DNA from: Phoronis australis
Taxonomy: Eukaryota; Animalia; Phoronida
Assembly (NCBI GenBank): GCA_002633005.1
Contig: NMRA01000881.1
Location: forward strand, 1-64,000
Length of the DNA stretch: 64,000 nucleotides
Reading direction: 5' to 3'
The notes below the pieces were generated by a model. It saw only the letters and a program-made list of their open reading frames with translations. It was not told where the DNA came from and made no database searches. A program made the translations under genes and the position numbers. Positions 26,455 through 38,097 of the stretch are shown here, piece by piece (position 1 is the stretch's first letter; each line of letters starts with the position of its first letter).

Positions 26455-26650
26455 GACTTTATTTTATTTATTTTTTGCTGTAAATAAGTTTATTTGCAGA
26501 AACAGAAAATTAACAATGGAATACAATAAAAAGGAAAACAAACAAACAAAAACACATTCACTCTCGCATTTACACATTTTATTTTTAATTAACAAAGGAC
26601 AGACAAGACTGGTGAACTTATAGGGCTGCTACAAACCTTGCTCTGGTGTG
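26455..26650 (-). mobile_element. Probable LINE 3' tail within the intron
   Basis: Minus strand: CAAGGTTTGTAGCAGCCCTATAAG..CTTGTCTGTCC, a T-rich tract, AAATAAAC, then AAAAAATAAATAAAATAAA. Confidence 0.45.
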
Positions 26651-26817
26651 AGAATGCTCTTCCAAAGCAATGCGATCACTAGTTCATAGGATGAAACTAA
26701 CGGGTCATAACAGCCCGGTCTCGGTCTCAAATTGCTCTTCATTCGTGTGTTGCAAGATGAGGCCAAGTGGGCTGTATCAAAAGTTGCTTTTCCAATAGAG
26801 GGCACACCTTTACTGAC

Positions 26818-26897
26818 CTACACTGTTCACAAACGAAACCACTGAAAATCCACAACTGAAACCACACGGTGAGCCAATTTGGCGTAAAGCGTGACAT
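26818..26897 (-). CDS. Exon 1 of the peptide precursor: MSRFTPNWLTVWFQLWIFSGFVCEQC (signal-peptide-like)
   Basis: 26 codons plus AG, then donor AG|GTCAGT; hydrophobic/aromatic core; TATA box about 90 nt upstream. Confidence 0.65.
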
Positions 26898-26987
26898 CAG
26901 TGACCTCAGCTGACTTGTGCCCTGCTACTGAGAAGGACGATGTTGATTAACTCAATGATCATTCATTTTGTCCCAGTGGAGACGACC

Positions 26988-26994
26988 TTTTATA
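26988..26994 (-). promoter_or_regulatory. TATA box (TATAAAA) of the peptide gene
   Basis: GCATATAAAAGG on the minus strand; an Inr-like TCATT lies about 35-40 nt downstream. Confidence 0.55.
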
Positions 26995-28665
26995 TGCCGT
27001 CAAGCTTGGTTAGCAGTGTTTTATTCAATAGCCTACTTATAAGTAACAGATTAATGAAGTAAATTGTCGAGCTACTGATCAAGTATGTGCAGCCGACAAA
27101 CTACCCCGTTATAAGTGCTAGGATAAATTCGCCGCCAGTAGTGCAAATCGACCAAAACTTTCAATAAAAAACACGTAGTATGTATTAAATCAATAGGTAG
27201 CCCCCATGAAGTTGGCCAAATGGCGGAATGTCAGGTGCGTAAATGTTTTAGGCATTAGGTAATTAAGGTTACCTGTCTGAAAAAAATTATTAGGGGATAC
27301 TGAGAACACTGAAGTGAACTGGACCTTATGCTTTCTTTTTTGTCTATTGAGTCGTTAAAAGTAGCCCAGTTTTGTTTATCTCAATTGCCGCCTCCAATAG
27401 AGGAGTTTCCAGAATCATCCAATCAGCTTCAGATTTCATGAATGTTTCGAGGCCACTTCCAGTGAATAGCTGAAAAATTAAGTCACGAATCTCCATCAAA
27501 TTTGCAGAACATGAAAGCGGAAACCTATTGATTTTGGTGAATCGCGATAGGAGTAGATATATTTTTTAATTTTTGGGTTCACGCTATGTTCCATCTCCTT
27601 GACCATTGCTCAACCACTAAAAATCTGCTCACTACATTATCTCCATATATGAATATCTCATTCACTTTTATGTGACGTCACGAATAATAACTGAAATAAG
27701 ACTATTCGTACATAATAAATTATTCTAAGTTTTCCGATTGTGATTGGATTAGCTATATAATGTTAGTACTGCCGGGATAGCACATGACCCTTGTTATACT
27801 ATTTCGCCCATGATATCCTTATGAGAAACCTAGTGTTGTCTTACGTAAATATATTTCATAAGGAAGTAGTGGAGAATCTTGAGGTCGCAAGTCGAGTTAC
27901 AGATTGAAGTCCCAAACGGCTGTACATTATCCATAATGCCTTAGTTCAGCCAAGGGTGGCGCTGTACAGTTTGCAAGTAGATTCAATGAATCTATTTTTT
28001 GTGCTTGCAAAGAGGTTGTGAATAAGAAAAGTCCACTAGTTCGGCTGTAGGCGTCTTTTTTTCGAAAAGGTGGTTCCTTAGAGCAGTGCTGCATTGAAGT
28101 TCTGCGACTGAGGAATCTGTTACGATTTCAAGTAGCCCTAAAAAATCCAAAATTGGCGAAAAATGGGATTAGATGGGATCTCTTGGTTTCACTGCGTTGA
28201 CGTTTCCAGCTCTATGTGTGGAACGTAAGTCAGCTCTGTATGAATCATTAAGATAAGGTAAGACCCAGCGACCAGCTTCACATTGACTTGACAGTTTATT
28301 TTAATTTATGTGAATTTAGTTTTTGACGTTTATTTAGCACTGAGCAAACCACAACTCGGGGTCAGACTCAGTCAAATTTCAACACCTTTTTGAGAAATTA
28401 TTGTTCAGTTAAAAATAAAAAGCAAAGTTGAATTGACAAAATATTGTCCTTTTGACCTTCTTATGCAGTAATGTAAACCACAAATAAAAAACAAAACAAA
28501 TTTTGTAAGCAATTTTCTTGTACGTTGTCACTGTATTCTTTGAGCTTTGGCTTTCACCAAGAAACGAAAATTCCATTGTTTCACCGGCTGATTTCTGTTC
28601 TCTTACACGGTCGCATTAGGCCGCAAAACAGTTGTCAATTTTAAAGTTTAGACTTATACTAAACA

Positions 28666-28905
28666 TGGAGGAGGCAGTGCGGCTTATTGTGATAGGTGCC
28701 CGCGTTCTTTACTCGAGGTCGCGGGTTCGAGTTCCACTGGGTCACACTGCTAAAGTCTTGAGTCAGGTTTCTAGTTCCTCAGCACGGTTTTAACTATATA
28801 TTAATCAGGCACAAAAACGGTTCCAGGTGATCACTGCAATGGGCCCACATGCGCTGCCTGCGCACGTCTGGTACAACGTGTATCAGACCGTCTGCAATTA
28901 TTTTG
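28666..28905 (+). mobile_element. tRNA-derived SINE
   Basis: A-box-like GCGGCTTATTG and B-box GGTTCGAGTTCC; exact 12-bp TSD TTATACTAAACA (28654-28665 and 28906-28917). Confidence 0.85.
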
Positions 28906-29356
28906 TTATACTAAACAAGTGTACACTGGTTTGAAAAACCTCAGAACTCTTTGCAATTGTAGATCTAACATTCTAACGGTCCAGTTTTAATGGAGGTAGG
29001 CCCTCAAGAGAAACTTTACTACAGATGAAGAGCAACTCACGTTTAGATCCACGCCATCAAGAGAATCAAGTGAAGTCAATAACACCCGTCAATTCATAAC
29101 AGAAAAAAATAAAATAACATGGGAATAATAAACGGTTATCTGTTGTAACACCTTAACGGGCCGGTGTTCCGACTATCGGTACAAAACTGAAGGGCCCCCT
29201 ATACGGAGCCAACAGACTACCATGACGAAATGAATCTCTTCAATTCCACCTGGCAAACTACAGTAGGTCGCAAGCTGGTTGCATAGAGATCAGTAGATTG
29301 GTGCATCCGTTGTTCACTTGTTGTAATAAAGATAATGAAACCCATTTATTAGTAAC

Positions 29357-29532
29357 CGCCCAAGGTACGATAACCATGCGATCTTATTGTTATATCCAAC
29401 AAAGGTGGAACAAAGGAAAACAATGCTAGCGTCTCATAGGTCATAACTATGCAACGTGCTTACGCCCGTCGCATGGAAGTTGCAAGTTAAACAATAATGC
29501 CTTGCGAGCACCATACGACGTCATTTGACATG
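29357..29532 (+). repeat. Dispersed repeat of about 175 bp, copy 1
   Basis: Aligns with 47899-48072 (CGCCCAAGGTA..TTGTTATATCCAACAAA..CAAAGGAAAACAATG..CCATACGACGTCATTTG). Confidence 0.8.
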
Positions 29533-30014
29533 CATTATCTTCACATATACCTGCGTCATGACTAACAGCAGTAGTAGACCTAATTGATCTTGGTCAGTAG
29601 CTGTGGTTCTGTTGCTGTTGACTATATACTTCAGTGCAACAACGGCTTTGAGAAGAAAGTATTTTCGAAAAGTGTTAGACGGACTCTAGCATCAAATATC
29701 GTCGTAGTAAATCAAACCTTTACTGCGAACCTGCTGTTGTTGCAGAGAGCGCAGAGCCTCGATGTTTTCTTTATCTTAAACGTGGTGATAAGCAAAGGGT
29801 AGTGCTTAAATTACCACACCATGCGCAATTTACACACTTCACAATAAACTGACACAAGTAATAATTAATTTTGTACGTCATTTACCTAAGATAAATATGG
29901 TGAAGTCGAAATGTCCCGATATGCGCATGATATGCGTCAGGTTCTTTGCGTTCATGGTCTTCGGTTTGACCGCATCGTGTTACTAAAGACCACCGCCAAG
30001 AACTGTTATTTACA

Positions 30015-30050
30015 ATGGCTCTTTCGTTTTTTATCTTTTTAATTACCATG
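30015..30050 (+). CDS. Exon 1 of a putative secreted peptide: MALSFFIFLITM
   Basis: Kozak ACAATGG; 12 mostly hydrophobic codons; consensus donor ATG|GTAAGT. Confidence 0.55.
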
Positions 30051-30168
30051 GTAAGTTGTGCTACAATTCAGGCTTGCATGATTGTTCTCCGTTCTCTGCT
30101 CCGCCTGGGAACACTTGGCCTATGAATTGTAACACCAAACCATTGCCTTTGTTTTTGTTTGTTCTCAG

Positions 30169-30276
30169 GTAGTTATCAGTCTTCTTAAGCACATTTCGAC
30201 GGCTTCGATTTTACCAATGCACGTAATTGGCTCTAGCCAACAACATATAAATGTCGGAAAGCAACGTGCATCTTAG
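30169..30276 (+). CDS. Exon 2 of the putative secreted peptide: VVISLLKHISTASILPMH... (3' end uncertain)
   Basis: Strong acceptor TTTGTTTTTGTTTGTTCTCAG; phase 0 continues the hydrophobic signal to a plausible STA|S cleavage site; either reads to TAG at 30276 or splices at CAC|GTAATT (30223). Confidence 0.5.
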   Translation, partial: VVISLLKHISTASILPMHVIGSSQQHINVGKQRAS

Positions 30277-30479
30277 GCCAAACGCAGAGTCATTATGCAA
30301 TATGAGTGACACGAATCTCATAAGCTTCGTACCCTTTCAGACGCCAGGAATATGTGGTACACCTAATTTTTATATGTTTGCATTTAATTGGAGTTAAAAC
30401 CCAAATCTGAATGATATGTAGATTAATTTTTCAATAACATCATGTATATGTTTCATCGAGTTACTTGACTTAAGCCTCT

Positions 30480-30900
30480 CAACACCATGGGCATCCGTAA
30501 CTGCTCGCTGTCTGGTCCGACTGTTACTTATCATAGGAATCTCTATCCACAGCACGTTAATAGAGAGGCGTTCTGATGGCACATTTCTTCAACAGTCCTG
30601 AACAAGAATGTCTCGCCTCTCTGTCTTCCTTGGGGCTTCCAGTCAAAGGCAACTTTAGTGGTAATTGTGTTTTGCTTTCTTAGTGTGTGGAAGATCCACC
30701 TACACACCCTGTCCTTAATCTGAACCTGTGCTGTCTCTTGTCTGACTCTTCCCCGTGATTTGCAGGATTTATCACAGTCATCCATTTAGGAACACTTGGG
30801 TCTTGTTGACAATGGATTTAGTGAATTACTAGGTCTCAGATCCACAAAGCATTACAGCCTTGAAATTTAAGTTGAAGATTTCAGTTTTCAACAGCAGTTT
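30480..30900 (-). mobile_element. RTE-clade LINE fragment (RT C-terminal region)
   Basis: Translates to KTEIFNLNFKAVMLCGSET* and RWIFHTLRKQNTITTKVAFDWKPQGRQRG..TVEE, matching RTE motifs IFN.NVKSVLLYGSETW and RWIGHTLRK...ALDW.PQG.R.RG. Confidence 0.8.
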
Positions 30901-32137
30901 TGGAATTGAAACAGTAATTGTTCATGAGTTTAACGGGACACCATTAATACAATACGAGGGTTGATGTTTTCCTTTGTTCTTCATTTATTCCAATCTCTTT
31001 TCTTACATCAGAGAGCCTCTGCGGTTGGCCCACTCCCTGGCACGCCAGATATCGGTCCGGATGCATGAAGGGCTACATAAAGTAGGGTTTTTGCGATTTT
31101 AAAGTAAAAATTTAAAGTCACATAAAAAGAAAAAGGGGATGATGTTTCAGAGAACTATAAGTTTTTACAGTGTTTTTAATATCTCACCTTGAACGCCTGA
31201 AAAAATTCACGAGTGAACGCTCGTCATACTTTTACTTCTGTGACTCCTTTCATGAAAAGTGACTTACGACTTTTGAAGACCAAGCAGTTGTCTAAGTTAA
31301 GATCGAAGATCGGACTAAGACAAGACAGAAGACGATTATTCAGAAAAGGTCGTTTCAAGAACACAGAAATTAAGTCGCAGCTTTGATATATTTCAGCATA
31401 AAAACTATACTTTTGCTACCTTTTGCAAATTCAAAAAACTAAGCAAGGTGGTGTGTGAAATATAAAAATAATCTAGGTTTTGAAACTCTAACTGGGGATT
31501 TATTTACAATATTTTTAATACAAATGGGGTCCCGTTTAGGTGAAAGGACCCTGGTGTGGCTGAAAATATCATTTTTCATGTGCAGTTAAGTCGCACTGCA
31601 TTGTCCGGCAAAGCATAGTAGACTCCTAGTGAGAACAGCAGCAGCAGCTTGTCTCTACGAGCCTGTGGTGCTCTACAGGTTCGCGAAGCGGAAGCAGACG
31701 ATTTTCAATTTAACGATGCTTAGGGACATTAGAATACACAAAACGTACCGAGAGTGGTGTGCATGAAATGATTCCGCGTATCGACCTCGACCTTGGGTCA
31801 CGGTCGATACGCAGAATAATGTCATGTATTTATCCCATACGCATCGTTTGCTTTCTTTCGGCATTTTATATATACTTCAGCCAGACTGTTTACGTACCGA
31901 ATCGCAACCTGTTGTGTATGTACGTGCGCGTTATGCTGCTAACTTACTATAGTAAAAGAAAACAGTATTAAATGTAAAGCTTTATTACTTGAAATTGATA
32001 GAAAAGTGTGAAAACGACAGTTGTCGTGCATTGAACTTGTATCATATTTCGAAAAAATAACAAGAATATTTATAACATTGTAAAATCCTCATCATGCACT
32101 CATTCATGAAACTAAGTCATTGACCGGAGCGCGTAAC

Positions 32138-32245
32138 CTACACATCGTCTGTTTTCACGAAGATGTTAAAATCGCCACTGTTGATGACAGCTCCGGCGAA
32201 TATGCCTGTTGTAGCGTTGTTGCAGGTACGTTGTTGCACTTCTAC
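32138..32245 (-). pseudogene. C-terminal tail of the Crypton recombinase
   Basis: VEVQQRTCNNATTGIFAGAVINSGDFNIFVKTDDV*; continues the frame from 36300 once the Academ and one TAC are removed. Confidence 0.7.
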
Positions 32246-35200
32246 TAGTCTAGTCGAAAAATGGCCCCCCGTGCACCCCCCCAGTGCACCCCCCGGACTT
32301 CAACTTCAAGCTGCATTTATATGAAGAAAATTATGTGTGAAAACGGAAAAATGATGTTAACAAGCCGAAACAATGTCCCACGCATACCTTTTACGCAACT
32401 TAGTACCACCATTACCGATGTTGCTATATTTCGCCATATCTCCCCGACGATTTCATATATTGAAAAAAACTAAATGTCTGGGCATATGTTTTGTGGGTCA
32501 AACATTACATTAGAACTACAAGTATGTGATAAAAGTTATCTTACATGTACAAAACACTCAACATATGGAACAGAAATGTTGTGTGGAGCATGATAATCCG
32601 CTATTTTTATCCAAATTTAGGACTTTGATGTTGACGGCATAAATGAAACCAAACTGTGACGTCATATTAAGGTTGCAGCCTGACGAAAATATATTTTAGG
32701 TTCAATAAATGAAACAATGTTTCTCATCTTTCAAAAAGAGGAACATTATTTCTAAGACAGTCACATGATAACACACCAATGCTTTAAAACAGCTTTTGAC
32801 GTAAAAAACGTCTTGAATACAAACTAACATAAAAACATACATACCGGTTGTTGACATGTCAGTCAGAGCGAATCCAGTGTGGAGGACTGGGAAATTGGAC
32901 TGCAATCGAAATTAAGGCAGCTATCTAGGAAGATGTAAAAATCATGCCTAAAAGAAAACGAGATCGAAGCTTATCAACTGAAGCCAAAGATCAGTCTCTT
33001 CCCGTATGCATTCTTCATTTAGATTCTGTAAGTGAACATGGCAATTTTACAGGATTACGCAATGTGAGAGGAACGGGAATGCAAAAAACTACCACAGCTT
33101 AAAACTCATATCGTCCAACAAAATGATGTCATCAAAGTCTCTTCCTTCCGTTTGCTGTGCGTTGCGGTACTAAAATGGAACGGGCATGGGAATCTTAGGC
33201 ACGGTTCTCAGAAACTATAGAATCGTTTCAAAACAGGTCCATTGCAAAACCAGGTTATCTTCACAAAAATGGACAGAGGTGACACTATCGTTTTGGCCGT
33301 TTCCCAGATCAAGTATAACCTTTCACTTGCTTTGGTGCAAGTATATTGTTTAGGAAGTACAGGTAAACGTCTGAAAACCGCACTCACTCTTTAAGAGGAC
33401 AATTGAAAGGCATGCAAACATTCTTCAGAACTACCGTGGTCTTTAACAGCCCATTATATGGAACTGGATATTGTAAAACTTTTTTCCTCCACAACTCATT
33501 CAATTTCTCCGTTTGTTGATGACCGGGTTGAAAAATTTAAGAGAACGATTTCCTTTATTGGACAAGATATCACATACGGAAAGTGGAAGTAAACGTCAAA
33601 GCATGTACTTTTTTGTGTGACCATCAGAAAATTGTTTCGAAGCAAGCAGCTTACTACTATACTGCACAAACTGGCCGAGTCACTCGGAGAGCTATGACTT
33701 CATCTTAGATTTTGAAACCTCTTTGGCAAACGTGATGGGGGATGTGTCAACTCATCAACTCACAAAGGAAGGGTGACAATGTACAGTGTATCCCATTGTG
33801 AGACAATTCGAATAAAATGAACACGAATATACAGGGCAGCAACATCGTCAACAATGCTTGAGGAATCGTGATTAAAAAGGTCAAGCCTGGTTTTAAAACT
33901 TCCAAAGATAAACCAATGCATGTCGCAACCGACAACGAAGTCTCCGAGTAGACGCTCCATCGTGGAACAACAGATGGCCTTTTTCAAGACCAACACAGCC
34001 TCCTTTTTGCATTATCTTATGGACGACATTGCTCCAGAAGACTTTCATTATCATCAAAATGCTCTATACATCCAAGATGGCATGACACTTCTCCGCACGT
34101 TTGCTGATCTCCGTCCAATGTGTGGTAAGATCTATTTACAAGTACGATGGCGTCGAAGACGCACTTCTTGTTCTCAACTGTCAGCTATGTCCCTGAATCT
34201 ATCAAAGCCCAGGAACGGTTGCAACGTGGCAGATCAGAGAACTTAATCGTGGGTGGACAACATACACTGAAACCATACGACTTCATAACCATTCTTGAAA
34301 ACGATGACAACAAAATGCAACTGTGTCAACTGTTACTGTAAGTCTGGAGTGGTGAGAAGGCAGTTTCCAGGTTGGAGAAGAGCGAGATGGTCATCCTGAT
34401 TGTAGACGGAAAAGCCCACGAACGTGTTACATTCGATGGAGAGGAAAGTCCACAATCTTTTTTCTGAACAAAATTTTCTGAGTATTTCTTACTTTAAGAT
34501 AATCTGCAGTGTCATACAATAAATTAATCTGATGTTTCAGGTTCATATTTAGGAGCACCCATATGTATCTACAGCAATCAAGAAGAGACACAAGAATTGT
34601 TTTGAACCTCCAGTACTTTGTCTCAGTTGGGTACAGAAACGCCGTGTCAGAACCCCTCACACTGAACTATTCTTTGTAATTCTGCTGCATCATACTTATG
34701 CCATAAAGTTGACTGGTGTATCTAGATACAGAGTTTGGAAAACTTCGGTGACTACTAAATCTCTCCGACTTGGCCAAAATGCTTGGGAAAATGTTACTGT
34801 GAAACTATACTAGGATTTTATATATATATATACGCTGAAGAAGACTGCACCAGGTGAATGAAAGGCTATCCCTTTAAAAAGCTGGAAAAGAATCCAAAAA
34901 GTCGCCGAGCATTCATGCAACTTGGCATTGATTGGGTTGTAGGTTCTGAAGTTTTGAGAGGGATGGACGAGTTCACCTGCTTCACGTATGAGTCGTGGGT
35001 AATGGATAGATGCTACTCGTACCACGATGTTGCGCAATATGGTTGGTGAAGATGAAATTCTCACCTACAAGTCAAAGATTGACCTTGCTCGACTTAACCC
35101 TGCCTGGCTGCACGGAAACCTCACATCCAATGAGTAAATCACCGCGTCCCTTTGTACAAGAACGCTTGCGAACTCGTAATTGAACAGCCAAAACCTTATG

Positions 35201-36299
35201 ACGAAGGACAAGGGTGGATACGGACCGACGAAGAAGTGTTAGAATCTGTGTTGCCGTGTGGTCCTATCTTACCACACTCACTGATTGATATCTTGCTCAC
35301 CGATGTTTGTGAAGTGGAAGAGGAAAGTGACTAGTTGTATGGTAGTTTCACGGGAAGCGATCATGGTGAACGTGACATGAAGTGATGGAACATGTAAGCA
35401 GTGACTTCAGCACCTAATGGCTGCCCATATTTCTCCTATCATCTCCTCTCATTCCCCTACATTTTTCTTTGAAATATAAAAAATGTTGAAATACGGTTCA
35501 GTTAAAGCCGGTAATACATGTAAATTTGGTTCATACAGTATGTTAAGAGCATATCTCTGAGCCCACTGGTGCCATAAACTGCCAAATGTAACGAACTGTT
35601 AGGCGTATTGGCTTGCTTTTGTCTACGTCACCGCGAGAATCACCTCAGTTTTAACTCAAACAGCTGCGAAAAACACCCGCACGCAATGGTGTTCTATTCA
35701 GACCCCTATTCAATACAACCTTTTGTTGCTTGTGCTGGGATCTCGCAGTGACGCAACATGGCTCGAAAACCATCTTCACTTATCATGTGACAGGGTTACA
35801 CTTGCGTGATTGAACTCGCGTTCTCTTATTTTACTAAGGCTTTGCATGGACTGTCTGGTTAGCTTAATACATCTAAAGTAACAAAATTCCGTTGAAGTTA
35901 GGCTTTAAAAGCTAATTATATAAGCACTGAAAGTTGCACATTACTTTAGTGTTTATATTGGCTTATGTACACCTTCAGTGTATTATCGATTGTAAGTAAT
36001 CGTATCATGCAAATCAGATGCAGTAGATTATGAAGAAAATCATTCCTTCGTAATGCTTGACCCTAAAAATGTCAGTTTTCAGACTTGATTGGTTCAATTA
36101 CAGGAAAACAAAGTCCGATATCATCAAATAACGAAAAATCGGTAATGGCGGCACTAATTTTCATAAAAAACGCATATGGGACACTTTTTCGGCTTGTTAA
36201 CATCTTTTTTCGGTTTTCACACTTATTTCTCTTTGCAAAAATGCAGCTTTGGAGTTGAAGTCCGGAGGGTGCACGGAGGGTCATTTTTCGACTCAACTA
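32246..36299 (+). mobile_element. Academ DNA transposon, 4054 bp, degenerate
   Basis: TAG...CTA termini; imperfect TIRs of about 200 bp; 3-bp TSD TAC on both sides; internal transposase remnants. Confidence 0.9.
32945..35334 (+). pseudogene. Academ transposase/XPG-like ORF remnant with many frameshifts and stops
   Basis: MPKRKR...; KHVLFCVTIRKLFRSKQLTTILHKL; IQDGM; SIKAQERLQRG; ENDDNKMQL; EETR; PKPYDEGQGW...GPILPHSLIDI. Confidence 0.8.
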
Positions 36300-37611
36300 T
36301 ACGGATTCTGTAGCATGGATAGGTTCACATGTTGCTTGGGAAGGTTGTCCTTGCTGCTCGTGTAATACTGTCGCCGATAGTAGCGGGTGCTCTCATGACC
36401 AGTGACCCTTTGGCCTCGTTGGCTTTGAGCATGATTTTTGCACTTGCAGTTGATGTGGCCTTAGTTTTCAGAATTGTGGCCATTGCTCTCTACTGTGTCG
36501 TGGACGCTGATGCATAGTTATTCAAACTTGCTACATTTTTGTGTCCACTGACTTGCCCAATTGTGGTAAGTGGTATGCCTGCATGAAGGAGTTTTGAGCA
36601 CATGGTTAGCCTTACACTGTGGTTGGATTTCTTACCCGGGAAGCCTGCTCCTTGTGACATTTTTCATGAACAAAGCTATTGTGTTTTTCCCGGGGATTGA
36701 TTGTTGTACCATATTTCGGAGTAGAGGGTTTTGCAGTGGTTGATGTTGAGGTAGAAAGGTGAGTCAGGGGTAAGGGTGTTTGGTGGTCCTCGTGATTGGT
36801 AGGCTTTGTAAGTAGCAACGGGGCACCTTGACGGATCTGACGGATGAGCAAATGCTTTTGGATTAAATGGTCTAATGTCGCTGCTAGTGCCGAACCTTGT
36901 TTTCGTCTCCCTTTCGTTGAACTCTAGGTATTAGTTGCCAGATTCGTCATCAAGCAACTGTATGTCTGCCCACTGTAGCTGGCGGATTACATGTGAACCC
37001 CGGAAACTAAACAGTTTGGTATTTAAAAAACCATACAGTGTTGATGAGTTCTTGTGGTGAATGTTTCCCAAGTTGAACTGTACTCCACAACAACTCTTCC
37101 TCGTCATCTGTCAGTAATTCTGCCCTGTTTTTTCGATTGCCTTTTCTCTGTTGTTTCAAGTCCCGCCGACGAGCAAAAAGCACGGCTTTGGAAAGTCGAA
37201 ATGTGGTTGGATTGTCTACCATAGTGACTGGGTAGTCTATTTCTATCAGGTATCGGTCAATGACCCTGTGAAATTATGTTAAAGTGTCAGGCTCATATGA
37301 AGATCCATCGGCATTGCCAATGCCATTAGAAAGCCCGCTACGAGGGGATCTAGTTCTTTCGGAGATATGTCCAGCAACTTTCCGTTTTCATTATTTTCAA
37401 ATAGCCAAGCAGCAAATCTCTTGGTTACACTTGAAGTTTTCTTGACAGTGTTGATTTTTTTTCGGTTGATGAAATCTTTTGCTTCACTTGCCATCACTTT
37501 AAGTTTCTCATTTTGCTTTTCCTGTTGCACCTCCTGTTCTTCTAATTTAACCAACTCCTGAATTTCTGAATCCTCGTATTTTAAATTGAACATTCCAAGA
37601 TTGAAACTCAT
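36300..37611 (-). pseudogene. Crypton tyrosine recombinase (DUF3504/ZMYM-like) remnant
   Basis: NTVKKT..W; KGNRKNRAELLTDDEEELLW..QLGKHSPQEL; FRG; RCPVATYKAY; catalytic NHSVR and GHKNVASLNNY motifs; frameshifts and stops. Confidence 0.9.
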
Positions 37612-38097
37612 TATTTTTGTGTACGGTCGCCGCGCTTCCGTAGTTACAGCGTCTGAGTTGCAGACGCTGTATTTCAGCAAATAAAACGGAGACAAAAGTG
37701 TCATATAATTAACATTTTGTACCAGATGTTATATTTGGTACCTGAGTGCATGTTGAGTGTTATTTATGCAACTTCAGTTTCATTTCTTGAAACTATTTTA
37801 TGAAAGTTTGATGATAGAACTTGTTATCGACGCCCTAGTCTACATTGACCTAATTTTGCACTTTCCACTTTTAACTACAGAGGGCACTGTTAAAAGTAGT
37901 GCCCGGGGTGAATACGAAAAACATTATTACATGGCTGTATTTCCCTCGACAGATTCAACGCATGTGGGATAAAAAAATATCAACTAAATTTGTTCCTAAA
38001 CAGTTTACAGTGATGATAGTCGTAATTTGTGGTCATTTACACCAAAAGTACAATCTTAAGCTCAATCCGTACCAGGCTAACTTAACGTTGGTCTTAA

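Larger units (their letters stand above)
31820..37980 (-). mobile_element. Decayed Crypton (tyrosine recombinase) transposon interrupted by Academ; boundaries approximate
   Basis: Recombinase remnant lies on both sides of the Academ; subterminal inverted similarity TTTATCCCATACGC (about 31828) / GCATGTGGGATAAA (about 37960). Confidence 0.65.

Noticed and set aside
28667-28745. tRNA gene
   Set aside because: No complete cloverleaf; it continues into a SINE body and is flanked by a TSD
32261-36296. Similar ORFs at 32261-32473 (+) and 36072-36296 (-)
   Set aside because: These are translations of the Academ TIRs, not genes
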